A stretch of 64,000 bases of DNA, from contig MFEK01000014.1 in NCBI GenBank assembly GCA_001779925.1, forward strand, positions 1,011 through 65,010, in the 5' to 3' direction. Shown here one piece after another: positions 26,808-35,229 of this stretch (within the stretch, counting starts at the first letter, position 1; each line of letters starts with the position of its first letter). The notes beneath the pieces are model-generated. The model was not told the DNA's origin. It did no database searches and saw nothing but the letters and a program-made list of their open reading frames with translations. The translations under genes were made by a program, and so were the position numbers. The DNA is from Candidatus Doudnabacteria bacterium RIFCSPHIGHO2_01_FULL_46_14 (GTDB lineage: Bacteria > Patescibacteriota > Doudnabacteria > UBA920 > 2-01-FULL-46-14).

Positions 26808-26870
26808 GTAGGGGTGGTGAAAAGTTTCACCCTCCCCTTACCCCTCCCCTCAAGGGAGGGGAATAATGAG
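26803..26870. repeat. Full-length intergenic copy of the GC-rich poly-C/poly-G palindromic element
   Basis: GGGTTAGGTAGGGGTGGTGAAAAGTTTCACCCTCCCCTTACCCCTCCCCTCAAGGGAGGGGAATAATGAGG. Nested palindromes GGTGAAA/TTTCACC and CCCCTCCC/GGGAGGGG. The track ORF 26814..27005 is merely its translation. Confidence 0.75.
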
Positions 26871-27009
26871 GATTGCAAAAGGAGACCGTACAGATACAAT
26901 CAAAGCCTGCAATCTTATTTGGGGATGATAGGTCACAGCGATGGTTACGATCTCAGCATAGTCTTAAAGAATAACTTTTTCATACCTCGCGAGAAACGGA
27001 AATAACAAG

Positions 27010-27024
27010 TATAATGTCGGTATG
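27010..27024 (+). promoter_or_regulatory. Candidate leaderless promoter: TATAAT -10 box 6 nt upstream of the ATG
   Basis: gTATAATgtcggtATG. No SD and no room for a leader, so the transcript would start at or next to the start codon of the GT9 gene. Confidence 0.4.
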
Positions 27025-28026
27025 AAAATTCTTGTTGCTCAGCCCGGGAAAATCGGGGATTTGGTTTGTACTACGCCGCTTTTCCGCACACTTGCGGAAA
27101 ATTTCAAAGCGCCGGTGGATATTATTGCCGGGCCGTTTGCTCTGGATTTGCTCAAAGGCAATGATAGTGTTAGGGAAGTCTATTCGAGGAAGGTAGAGCC
27201 GGATATCCTGCGAAAAGAAAACTACACTCACATTCTCGTGCTCATGCCGAGTGTGGAGATTTGGGGACTCGCTAGAAAAGCGAGCATTTCGAATATCTGG
27301 AGCACGATTCATCCGAAAATGACCCGCCGTGAGCGGCTGTTTTCGTTTTTTTATCTGACTCGGAAATTTCCCTACAACTTCTCCTCTGCCCAGCAGCATT
27401 ATCTGCAGATGGGGCAGGCTCTGGGAGCCGCGAATCTGATTCAGAAGCGAGAGATTCGTTACGGCTCAGAGGACGAACAAAAGATAGCCGAGTTTTTGCG
27501 TGAGCAAAATCTGCAGGATAAAAAACTCGTTGGCATTTCCGTGACTGCAGGCAAGGATTTCAAAGAGTGGGGGAATCAAAATTACAAACAGCTCGTGGAT
27601 AAACTTAACAGCGAAAATTTTACGGTTATTGCTGTGGGCACCAAGGAAGAACGGCCAAAATTGGAGACGCTACAAAATTCACTTGCCCGCCAGGATATGT
27701 TTTTGAATGTAGCAGGGGATTTTAAACTCTCTGAATTTGCCGCGCTCGCCGTGAACTTTAGAGCCTTTATTGCCGCAGACACTGGGCCCCTGTATATTGC
27801 CGATGCGCTCGGCATCCCAGTTGTGGATCTCATGGGTCCCTGCTATTCTGGCGGACAAAAGCCTCTTGGCGAAAATGCCGTGCTAATCGGCGAATGCCTT
27901 AAACCAGAACACCCGAAATGCCGGATGATGGATAGCCCGAATTATTTAAAAGAAGAATTCCAGCGTTGCATGGCGGAAATCAGGTTTGAGGAAGTTTGGC
28001 AGGGTTTCCAAAGCTTAAAGCTATGA
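27022..28026 (+). CDS. Glycosyltransferase family 9 (heptosyltransferase-like)
   Basis: MKILVAQPGKIGDLVCTTPLFRTLAENFK.APVDII, the GT9 N-terminal signature (compare WaaC/WaaF: ..SSMGDV..T.PAL..L...P). Confidence 0.7.
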   Translation: MKILVAQPGKIGDLVCTTPLFRTLAENFKAPVDIIAGPFALDLLKGNDSVREVYSRKVEPDILRKENYTHILVLMPSVEIWGLARKASISNIWSTIHPKMTRRERLFSFFYLTRKFPYNFSSAQQHYLQMGQALGAANLIQKREIRYGSEDEQKIAEFLREQNLQDKKLVGISVTAGKDFKEWGNQNYKQLVDKLNSENFTVIAVGTKEERPKLETLQNSLARQDMFLNVAGDFKLSEFAALAVNFRAFIAADTGPLYIADALGIPVVDLMGPCYSGGQKPLGENAVLIGECLKPEHPKCRMMDSPNYLKEEFQRCMAEIRFEEVWQGFQSLKL

Positions 28027-29450
28027 TTACAGACGCAAAATCCATTCCTGCCGGAACGCAGATTAACACAGACATCTGCATTATCGGTTCTGGCGCGGCC
28101 GGTATTCCGCTTGCTTTGGAGTTTGAAAATTCGCGCACCCGCGCCTGCATTTTGGAGAGCGGGGGGTTTGAAGATGTTGTAGATTACAGTGATGTTTATC
28201 ATTTTATTTCCAGAGGCTTGCCAGTATCTTTGGATTCGAGGACACAAGGATTTGGCGGAACCACGCGCGCCTGGGCCGGCATTTGGAAGCCTCATGACGA
28301 GATAGATTTTCGGCTCCGTCCCTGGGTTAAATATTCGGGCTGGTCTGTCGCATTTCAGGAGTTGAGCGGCTATTATGACCGGGCCGCCCAATCAGTAGGC
28401 GCTTTTCCTTTGGAATTTTTTAATCCTCCGCTCGATGCCAAAACGTTAGAGGACAGCACTCTCAACACGACTCTGGTGCGTCTCATGAAACCTGAGGATT
28501 TGGATTTTGGCCGCAAATTTAAAAGCCGTTTTGAGAACGCAGACAATCTCCATGTTTATCTGCGCGCTGTGGTTACCAGTTTTGAAAGCAACCCCGGGCA
28601 CACCGAGGTACAAAGAGTCAGGATCGCGGCTCCGGGCAAAAAAGAATTTACGCTCACTGCAAAAATTTTCGTTTTGGCCGCTGGAGGAATCGAAAATGCC
28701 CGACTGCTTTTACTCTCCAATCTCGGCAACGAGCACGACCAGGTTGGACGTTATTATATGGACCACCCCAAAGGCAAGGTTGGCAGCGTTGCCCTCAATC
28801 ATGATATAAATATTGATTTAAATCAGTATTTTGGCGCGGAGGATTCAGCCGGCAAAGTTTTCGCCGGGTTGCGGCTTTCGGACAGATTGCAGGAGCAGAG
28901 GCAAGCACTCAATAGCTATGTACAGCTAAGCCCAGTTTACGAGCAGGAAGGTTTCATGGGAAAAACAGCTAGGAAAATTTTTGGCTTAAAGCGAAAAATG
29001 AAAAAAATCGAACTCAGAAATTTCATGGAACAGGAGCCCAATCCAGACAGCCGCATCACTCTCGGCGAGAAGTGCGACTCTCTTGGCTGTCCGCGCGCGG
29101 TGATTGATTGGCAGATTTCGGAAAAAGATAAAATTACCATGAAAACTCTGCATGAGGTTCTGCGCGATAAACTAGCAGGACTTGGGATTGGCAAGCTCGA
29201 AAGTCCTCTTCTCGAAAAAAATTTGCAAGATTGGCCCATCAAAACCGATGCCTCGCATCATATGGGAACAACGCGCATGGGCACAGATCCGCGGACATCA
29301 GTGGTTGATCCGAACTGCAAGATTCACAGTGTGGCAAATTTGTATGTTGCGGGCAGCAGCGTATTTCCTACCGGCGGGTATGCAAACCCAACAGCTACGA
29401 GCATTGCCCTGGCCTTGCGCTTGGCAGACCATTTGAAGAATCGAATATAG
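28023..29450 (+). CDS. GMC-family FAD-dependent oxidoreductase
   Basis: N-terminal GSGAAGIPLA FAD-binding fold. C-terminal HHMGTTRMG....VVD...KIHSVANLYVAGSSVFPTGGYANPTATSIALALR, the GMC C-terminal signature. Confidence 0.8.
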   Translation: MITDAKSIPAGTQINTDICIIGSGAAGIPLALEFENSRTRACILESGGFEDVVDYSDVYHFISRGLPVSLDSRTQGFGGTTRAWAGIWKPHDEIDFRLRPWVKYSGWSVAFQELSGYYDRAAQSVGAFPLEFFNPPLDAKTLEDSTLNTTLVRLMKPEDLDFGRKFKSRFENADNLHVYLRAVVTSFESNPGHTEVQRVRIAAPGKKEFTLTAKIFVLAAGGIENARLLLLSNLGNEHDQVGRYYMDHPKGKVGSVALNHDINIDLNQYFGAEDSAGKVFAGLRLSDRLQEQRQALNSYVQLSPVYEQEGFMGKTARKIFGLKRKMKKIELRNFMEQEPNPDSRITLGEKCDSLGCPRAVIDWQISEKDKITMKTLHEVLRDKLAGLGIGKLESPLLEKNLQDWPIKTDASHHMGTTRMGTDPRTSVVDPNCKIHSVANLYVAGSSVFPTGGYANPTATSIALALRLADHLKNRI

Positions 29451-29466
29451 AATTAGAATATTGATT

Positions 29467-30321
29467 ATGGAACGGAAAAAGAGAGTTTTGGTTATTGGGG
29501 CGGGTAAACGAGCGCAGGGAGCGATCATTCCAGCTCTTCTTGGCTTGTCTGCCGAGTATGAGATCGTGGCGGTTTACGCACGGAAAAAAAGGGAAATTAG
29601 GGTAATGGGGGAGCGGTTTACAATAATAGATAGTTTAGAGCAGGTGGATTTTTCTTCGCTTGATCTCATTATTGCGGCTGTCACCCTGGCAAGCGTGCCG
29701 GATGTTCTGCGGAAACTTACCAAATATGACGTGAGACATATCCGTATCATGCTCGATACCCCAGTGGTCAGGCCAAGGGATATTTTTAGTTTGCGAATGC
29801 TCAAGAATTTCCGGCACGCATCCGTAAGCGAGGATTCTATTGTCCTCGCGCCCTTTCTTGAAGCCAAAAGAGCAGGGGAAATTAGGGAAATGCGGTTTAT
29901 CCATAGCGGCTATCGTTACCACGCCCTCGCAGCTATGAAAATGATGACGGGAAACAATTACGTAAAAAGAGTGATCAATAAATACGCGAATGGCAAAATC
30001 GCGGAGCGGCATTTTTTGTTTCCGGGCGGCGCGCGTGGGGTCATCATTGAGCCCCGTGACTACAGCATTGGGAAACTGGAAATTGCAGGTTCAGCAGGCT
30101 TTTTCAATTATGAGTTTGCCGGTAAATCGATGGCGGATTTAAAAAATAAAAGCCTCGCGAAACTCATTGCTGACGAAGGCCTTGTTTATTCTGCGGCAGA
30201 CGGCGTTTATGATATGCTGGCCATCAGCTGCAGCGAAAAGCTTGGGAAGTTTTTTGATTTTCCAACGCGCCAATACTCGTTGTTATTATCGCTGATAAGA
30301 TTTATAATAGGTCATGGCTGA
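29467..30321 (+). CDS. Hypothetical protein with Gfo/Idh/MocA-like N-terminal Rossmann segment
   Basis: RVLVIGAGKRAQGAIIPAL...EIVAVYARKK. The rest is unassigned. Confidence 0.35.
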   Translation: MERKKRVLVIGAGKRAQGAIIPALLGLSAEYEIVAVYARKKREIRVMGERFTIIDSLEQVDFSSLDLIIAAVTLASVPDVLRKLTKYDVRHIRIMLDTPVVRPRDIFSLRMLKNFRHASVSEDSIVLAPFLEAKRAGEIREMRFIHSGYRYHALAAMKMMTGNNYVKRVINKYANGKIAERHFLFPGGARGVIIEPRDYSIGKLEIAGSAGFFNYEFAGKSMADLKNKSLAKLIADEGLVYSAADGVYDMLAISCSEKLGKFFDFPTRQYSLLLSLIRFIIGHG

Positions 30322-31258
30322 AAAAGTTTTTATCACCGGCGCCAGCGGATTTATAGGAGCAAATTTAATGCGGCGTTTATTGGCTGATGGCTTTGAGGTT
30401 ACTGCCGCTATCCGGCCGGGATCAAAAAATTTTTGGCGACTCGAGGACGTAACCGATCAAATCCGGATTCTACGGCTGGACCTGACGGACCAAAAAGATA
30501 CCGCAGAAAAGCTCGGACAAATAGGGCCAAATTACATTTTTCATCTCGCCGCCTACGGTGCTTACCCGGGGCAAATTGACAGCGAGCAAATGTGGAGAAC
30601 GAATTTATTTGCCGCGATAAATTTGATTGAGGCAGCCAAGGTTGTTGGCTTCCAAAAGATGATCATTGCCGGCAGCTCCTCGGAATATGGCAAGAAATCC
30701 GAGGCTATGAAAGAAAGCGACAGACTCGAACCCAGCACTATTTATGGGGTGAGCAAAGCCGCCTCCACTCTGTATTGTCAATATAGAGCCCGAGAGGAAA
30801 AATTACCGCTCGCGATTTTACGGCCGTTTTCTGTCTACGGACCGTGGGAAGAGCCAGGAAGGCTGGCGCCCCGATTGATTGGCCGGGCTTTGAAAAATGA
30901 GCCGCTGGAACTGGTGGGCAGTAAAACCGTGCGCGATTTTATATACATAGATGACGTGGTCGAGGCTTGCTTAAAAAGCATGAATGAAGATAAGATTAAC
31001 GGGCAGATTATGAATATTTGTTCGGGGATGCAGACTGAAATAGGAGAAATGGCTGAGCAGGTGGTCAGTATCACCGGCAGTAAATCGCGGGTCCAGCGCG
31101 GCAGTTATGAAGCGCGAAGCTTTGACACTGACATTTGGGTTGGTAATCCTGAAAAAACTAAAAAACTTCTCGGTTGGCAAGCCAGGGTCGCGCTCAAGGA
31201 AGGGATTCGCCAGACTGTTGAATGGTACAAATCCCATAAGCATTATTATGAACATTGA
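30314..31258 (+). CDS. NAD-dependent epimerase/dehydratase (extended SDR; NDP-sugar 4,6-dehydratase/epimerase candidate)
   Basis: KVFITGASGFIGANLMRRLLADG. YGVSKAAST (YxxxK). Confidence 0.75.
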   Translation: MAEKVFITGASGFIGANLMRRLLADGFEVTAAIRPGSKNFWRLEDVTDQIRILRLDLTDQKDTAEKLGQIGPNYIFHLAAYGAYPGQIDSEQMWRTNLFAAINLIEAAKVVGFQKMIIAGSSSEYGKKSEAMKESDRLEPSTIYGVSKAASTLYCQYRAREEKLPLAILRPFSVYGPWEEPGRLAPRLIGRALKNEPLELVGSKTVRDFIYIDDVVEACLKSMNEDKINGQIMNICSGMQTEIGEMAEQVVSITGSKSRVQRGSYEARSFDTDIWVGNPEKTKKLLGWQARVALKEGIRQTVEWYKSHKHYYEH

Positions 31259-32045
31259 TTATCGTCAATTGGAGCAGCACGCGCAAAACATCCGTCGTAA
31301 CGTCATTAAGATGGCTGTCCGCGCCAAATCCGCGCATCTGGGAGGAGTACTGTCCATAGTAGAAATTTTGACGGTGCTGTATTTTCAGATTTTGAAGATT
31401 GATCCGCAGGCCGCGCACGACCCTGACCGCGACCGTTTGATTTTCAGCAAGGGACACGCCGGACTGGCTTTGTACGCCGCTCTGGTAGAGAGAGGTTTCG
31501 CCGCTGAAGAGATTCTAGAAACTTTCTATAAAGACGATACAATGCTTACCGCTCATCCGACAAAGGACTGCATGCCGGGCGTGGAAACTACGACCGGTTC
31601 TCTCGGTCACGGTTTGCCTCTGGGAACAGGGCTTGCCTGGGCCGCTAAACACGACAACCAGCCGTTTCGAACGTTTGTCCTCATGAGCGACGGGGAGTGC
31701 GACGGAGGCTCGACCTGGGAAAGCATTTTGTTTGCCGGCCATCACCAGATGGATAACCTTATCGCCGTGGTTGATTACAACAAAATCCAGGGCTTCGGCA
31801 GAACAGCGGAAGTTTTGAATCTCGAACCATTCGTAAAAAAATGGGAGTCTTTCAACTGGGCAGTACAAGAAGTTGATGGTCACGACTTGGCCAAGCTTCA
31901 GGAAGTTCTTTCACAAGTTCCTTTCCAAACAGGAAAGCCCAGCGTGGTAATCGCCCATACTATAAAAGGTAAAGGCACAAGCCTTGAGGACACCCTGGAT
32001 TCTCATTATAAAATTCCGCCGGAATATGCGACCGACCTTCATTAA
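31248..32045 (+). CDS. Transketolase, N-terminal (ThDP pyrophosphate-binding) subunit of a split transketolase
   Basis: HLGGVLSIVEIL...DPDRDRLIFSKGHAGLALYAALVERGF; GSLGHGLPLGTGLAWAAK; MSDGECDGGSTWES. Confidence 0.8.
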   Translation: MNIDYRQLEQHAQNIRRNVIKMAVRAKSAHLGGVLSIVEILTVLYFQILKIDPQAAHDPDRDRLIFSKGHAGLALYAALVERGFAAEEILETFYKDDTMLTAHPTKDCMPGVETTTGSLGHGLPLGTGLAWAAKHDNQPFRTFVLMSDGECDGGSTWESILFAGHHQMDNLIAVVDYNKIQGFGRTAEVLNLEPFVKKWESFNWAVQEVDGHDLAKLQEVLSQVPFQTGKPSVVIAHTIKGKGTSLEDTLDSHYKIPPEYATDLH

Positions 32046-32955
32046 AACTTTGGTAGAACTGGCGCAAAAAGATGAACGAATCTTTTTACTGACCGGGGAT
32101 CTGGGCTACGCGGCGCTGGAGCCATTCCGGGAAAAATTTCCGAAACGATTTATCAACATGGGAGTTGCCGAACAAAATATGGCTGGTTTTGCGGCTGGCC
32201 TGGCCATGTCCGGCAAACTGCCGGTGGTTTACTCTATTGCCACTTTTGTGACGCTCAAGACGCTTGAGCAAGTCCGCAATGATATTTGTTATCAAAATCT
32301 AAATGTTAAAATCGTCGGGGTCGGGTCAGGCCTGACTTATTCTCAGTACGGGGCGACCCATCATTCACAGGAGGACATCGGCCTCATGCGCCTTTTACCC
32401 AATATGAAAGTAATCTGTCCCGGTGATCCCGTAGAGGTAGAGGCCGCAACGAGAGCGATGATGGCTGATCCGCAGCCCTGTTATCTGCGGATCGGATCGC
32501 GGGGCGAACCAGTACTGCATGAACCACCAATTGATTTTCAAATCGGCAAGGGGATCACGCTCCGGCCGGGAAAAGACATCGCGCTTGTGGCTACCGGCAA
32601 TATGCTAGAAAATACGATGAAAGCCGCAGAGCTGTTGCGCGGCAGCGGTTTATCGCCGCAAGTTGTAAGTATGCATACGGTCAAGCCGCTCGATGCGAAT
32701 TTATTGAAAGAGCTGTTCATAAATTTTCAGCAAGTATTCACGATCGAGGAACACAGTCAAATAGGCGGCTTTGGAAGCGCGGTCGCGGAACTGGCGGCTG
32801 AGCTTCATGACGGGCGGGCTAGTTTGCATCGAATCGCGCTGCCTGATCAGTTTCAGAAACTCGGTGCTTGGCTCGCGAGACTGCGTCAGGAAAACGGTTT
32901 GAGTCCGGAAGGGATTGCCGAAACCGTAAGAAAAATATATAATCAGACCTCATGA
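32025..32955 (+). CDS. Transketolase, C-terminal (pyrimidine-binding) subunit
   Basis: RFINMGVAEQNMAGFAAGLAMSGKLPVVYSIATF. Transketolase C-terminal-domain pattern. 21-bp overlap with the N-terminal subunit gene. Confidence 0.8.
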
Positions 32956-33920
32956 TTACAGATAAAAAAATCTCCGCGGTAATTGCCTGCTATATGGATG
33001 GCCAGTCCATTCCGGTTATGTATCAGCGTTTGACCGCAGTATTTCGTCAGGTAACGCCTTATTATGAAATAATTTTCGTTAACGACGGCAGTCTTGATGA
33101 TTCGGAAGAGATTTTAACCGCGCTCGCAAGTAAAGATAAGCGCGTAGTCGCGGTGAATCACGCCCGCAATTTCAGTTCCCAAAACGCTTTTCTTTCCGGA
33201 ATGCATGTTGCTACCGGTGATGCAGTGGTATTGCTCGATGGTGATTTACAGGATCCGCCGGAGATGATCCCGGATTTTGTCCGCAAATGGCTGGAAGGGT
33301 ATGATGTTGTTTACGGCGTCAGATCCAAACGGGAAGCGAGTTTGTTTCTGCGCGCGAGCTATAAACTCTTTTATCGGATTTTTCAAAAGCTGTCATATGT
33401 GCCGGTGCCGCTTGACGCAGGCGATTTTTCCTTACTCGACCGGAAAATCGTGAATGTTTTGGACGCGATGCCGGAGCGGGATATCTTTTTACGCGGATTG
33501 CGCGCCTGGGTCGGGTTTAAGCAAGTGGGGGTTTCTTATGTCCGGCCGGAGCGGATGTTTGGCCGCAGCAACAATAATCTGATAAAGAATTTTCGCTGGG
33601 CCAGAAAAGGGATTTTTTCATTTTCTTATGCTCCCCTGGAATGGGTTTCTTATGTTGCCGGGATAGTCACGGTTTTAGCAGCCCTCACTATCGTCGTTTA
33701 CGTAGCGCTCTTTTTTATTTACGGAGCTCCACAAGGATTTATCACCACCTTGGTCATCACTTTGTTTTTGGGCACCATACAACTGCTGGCATTGTCCGTG
33801 ATCGGCGAGTATGTGGCTAAGATCTTTGAAGAGGTCAAATCTCGTCCTAAATATATTGTGAAGAGCATATTTAATGATCCAAGAAATAAACCTCGCGATC
33901 CGGGTTTGCCAGAATCGTGA
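32952..33920 (+). CDS. GT2 polyprenyl-phosphate glycosyltransferase (ArnC/GtrB/DPM1-like) with C-terminal TM helices
   Basis: ISAVIACYMDGQSI; EIIFVNDGSLDDS; VLLDGDLQDPPEMIPDFV; two C-terminal TM helices. Confidence 0.8.
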   Translation: MITDKKISAVIACYMDGQSIPVMYQRLTAVFRQVTPYYEIIFVNDGSLDDSEEILTALASKDKRVVAVNHARNFSSQNAFLSGMHVATGDAVVLLDGDLQDPPEMIPDFVRKWLEGYDVVYGVRSKREASLFLRASYKLFYRIFQKLSYVPVPLDAGDFSLLDRKIVNVLDAMPERDIFLRGLRAWVGFKQVGVSYVRPERMFGRSNNNLIKNFRWARKGIFSFSYAPLEWVSYVAGIVTVLAALTIVVYVALFFIYGAPQGFITTLVITLFLGTIQLLALSVIGEYVAKIFEEVKSRPKYIVKSIFNDPRNKPRDPGLPES

Positions 33921-33948
33921 TATTATTGTATAATTTGAAGACTTAAAT

Positions 33949-35229
33949 ATGGATAACCAAGAGTTTAGACCCGGCATTGATCGGGTATTATATACTAAAG
34001 CGGTTTACGGGGAAGAAGAAATTGCCGCGGTTGCCAAGGCCCTTCGCGAGGGATGGCTTGGCAATGGGAAGTACACGGAAGAATTTGAGCAAAAGACCGC
34101 TGAGCTATATGGGAAGAAATACGGGCTGTTCGTCAACTCCGGCACTTCGGCCAACATGCTGGCCATGGAGATCGCCAAACTCCCCAAGGGCAGTGAAGTC
34201 ATTACCCAGGCCTGTACGTTTCCGGCAACTCTGTCTCCCATTGTTCAGCAGGGGTTCATCCCGGTGTTCGTTGATTCCAAGATCGGTTCCTATAACATTG
34301 ATTTAGATCAAATCGAGCCGGCAATTTCTGAAAATACGAAAGCCGTTTTTATTTCGCATGCCCTGGGTAACGTCAATCACATGCGCCGTTTGCGGGAGAT
34401 TTGCGATAAATATAAATTGCTGTTTATAGAGGATGCCTGCGACACGATCGGCTGTAAATTTGCTGGCCGGCCTACCGGCGAATATTCGGACATTACTACT
34501 GCGAGTTTCTATGCCGCGCACAATATCACCGCGGGCGGCGGCGGCGGCATGGTTATGGCGAGCGACCCGAAACTCATTTTAGAGGCGAGAATGCTTAACG
34601 ACTGGGGGAGAGCCATGCCTACCTCCGCGGACGAAAATCTGGGAGAGCGTTTTGCCGGCAAGCTGGCCGATACTGATTTTGACGCGAAATTTACTTTTAT
34701 CAAGCAAACCTACAATTTCAAAGCAGTGGAGATGCAAGCGGCATTCGGGCTGGAACAGCTGAAAAAATTGCCGCAGTTTAACGCCAGACGCGCCAGGAAT
34801 TTCCGGCGCCTTTATGATTTTTTTGATCAGCACCGAGAACATTTTTTGCTGCCGGAAATTTTGCCGCAAGCCGAAGTTTATCTGATTGCTTTTCCGGTGA
34901 CAATCAAACCGGAGTCTCCCATAAATCGCAAAGAGCTGATGCTGTTTCTCGAAGAAAACAAAATTCAAACCCGTCCTCTGTTTGCCGGCAATATCCTGCG
35001 GCATCCGGCATTCAAAAACATTACCAAGCGCGTTCACGGCCAAATGGTCAACTCTGACCTGGTTATGAAATATAGCTTCCTGATCGGGTGTCATCATGGC
35101 ATGACTGATAGCATGCTTGACTATATGCTGGGCATTTTCGAAAAGTTTTTGAAAATGATGGAAACCAGGAAAACGCAAAAGATTTTTGAACAAGTCGAGT
35201 TAATTGATTTAAGAGACGACATTCCGTGA
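33949..35229 (+). CDS. DegT/DnrJ/EryC1/StrS-family PLP-dependent sugar aminotransferase/dehydratase
   Basis: ALREGWLGNGKYTEEFEQKTAELYGKKYGLFVNSGTSANMLAM; FISHALGNV; GCHHGMTDSMLDYM. Confidence 0.8.
   Translation: MDNQEFRPGIDRVLYTKAVYGEEEIAAVAKALREGWLGNGKYTEEFEQKTAELYGKKYGLFVNSGTSANMLAMEIAKLPKGSEVITQACTFPATLSPIVQQGFIPVFVDSKIGSYNIDLDQIEPAISENTKAVFISHALGNVNHMRRLREICDKYKLLFIEDACDTIGCKFAGRPTGEYSDITTASFYAAHNITAGGGGGMVMASDPKLILEARMLNDWGRAMPTSADENLGERFAGKLADTDFDAKFTFIKQTYNFKAVEMQAAFGLEQLKKLPQFNARRARNFRRLYDFFDQHREHFLLPEILPQAEVYLIAFPVTIKPESPINRKELMLFLEENKIQTRPLFAGNILRHPAFKNITKRVHGQMVNSDLVMKYSFLIGCHHGMTDSMLDYMLGIFEKFLKMMETRKTQKIFEQVELIDLRDDIP

Noticed and set aside
26814-27005. 63-aa ORF MVKSFTLPLPLPSREGNNED...
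   Set aside because: Its N-terminal half is simply the translation of the GC-palindromic repeat copy. No independent coding evidence.
34579-35193. 204-aa minus-strand ORF overlapping the DegT gene
   Set aside because: It lies fully within a strongly motif-supported + strand DegT CDS. No recognisable features.
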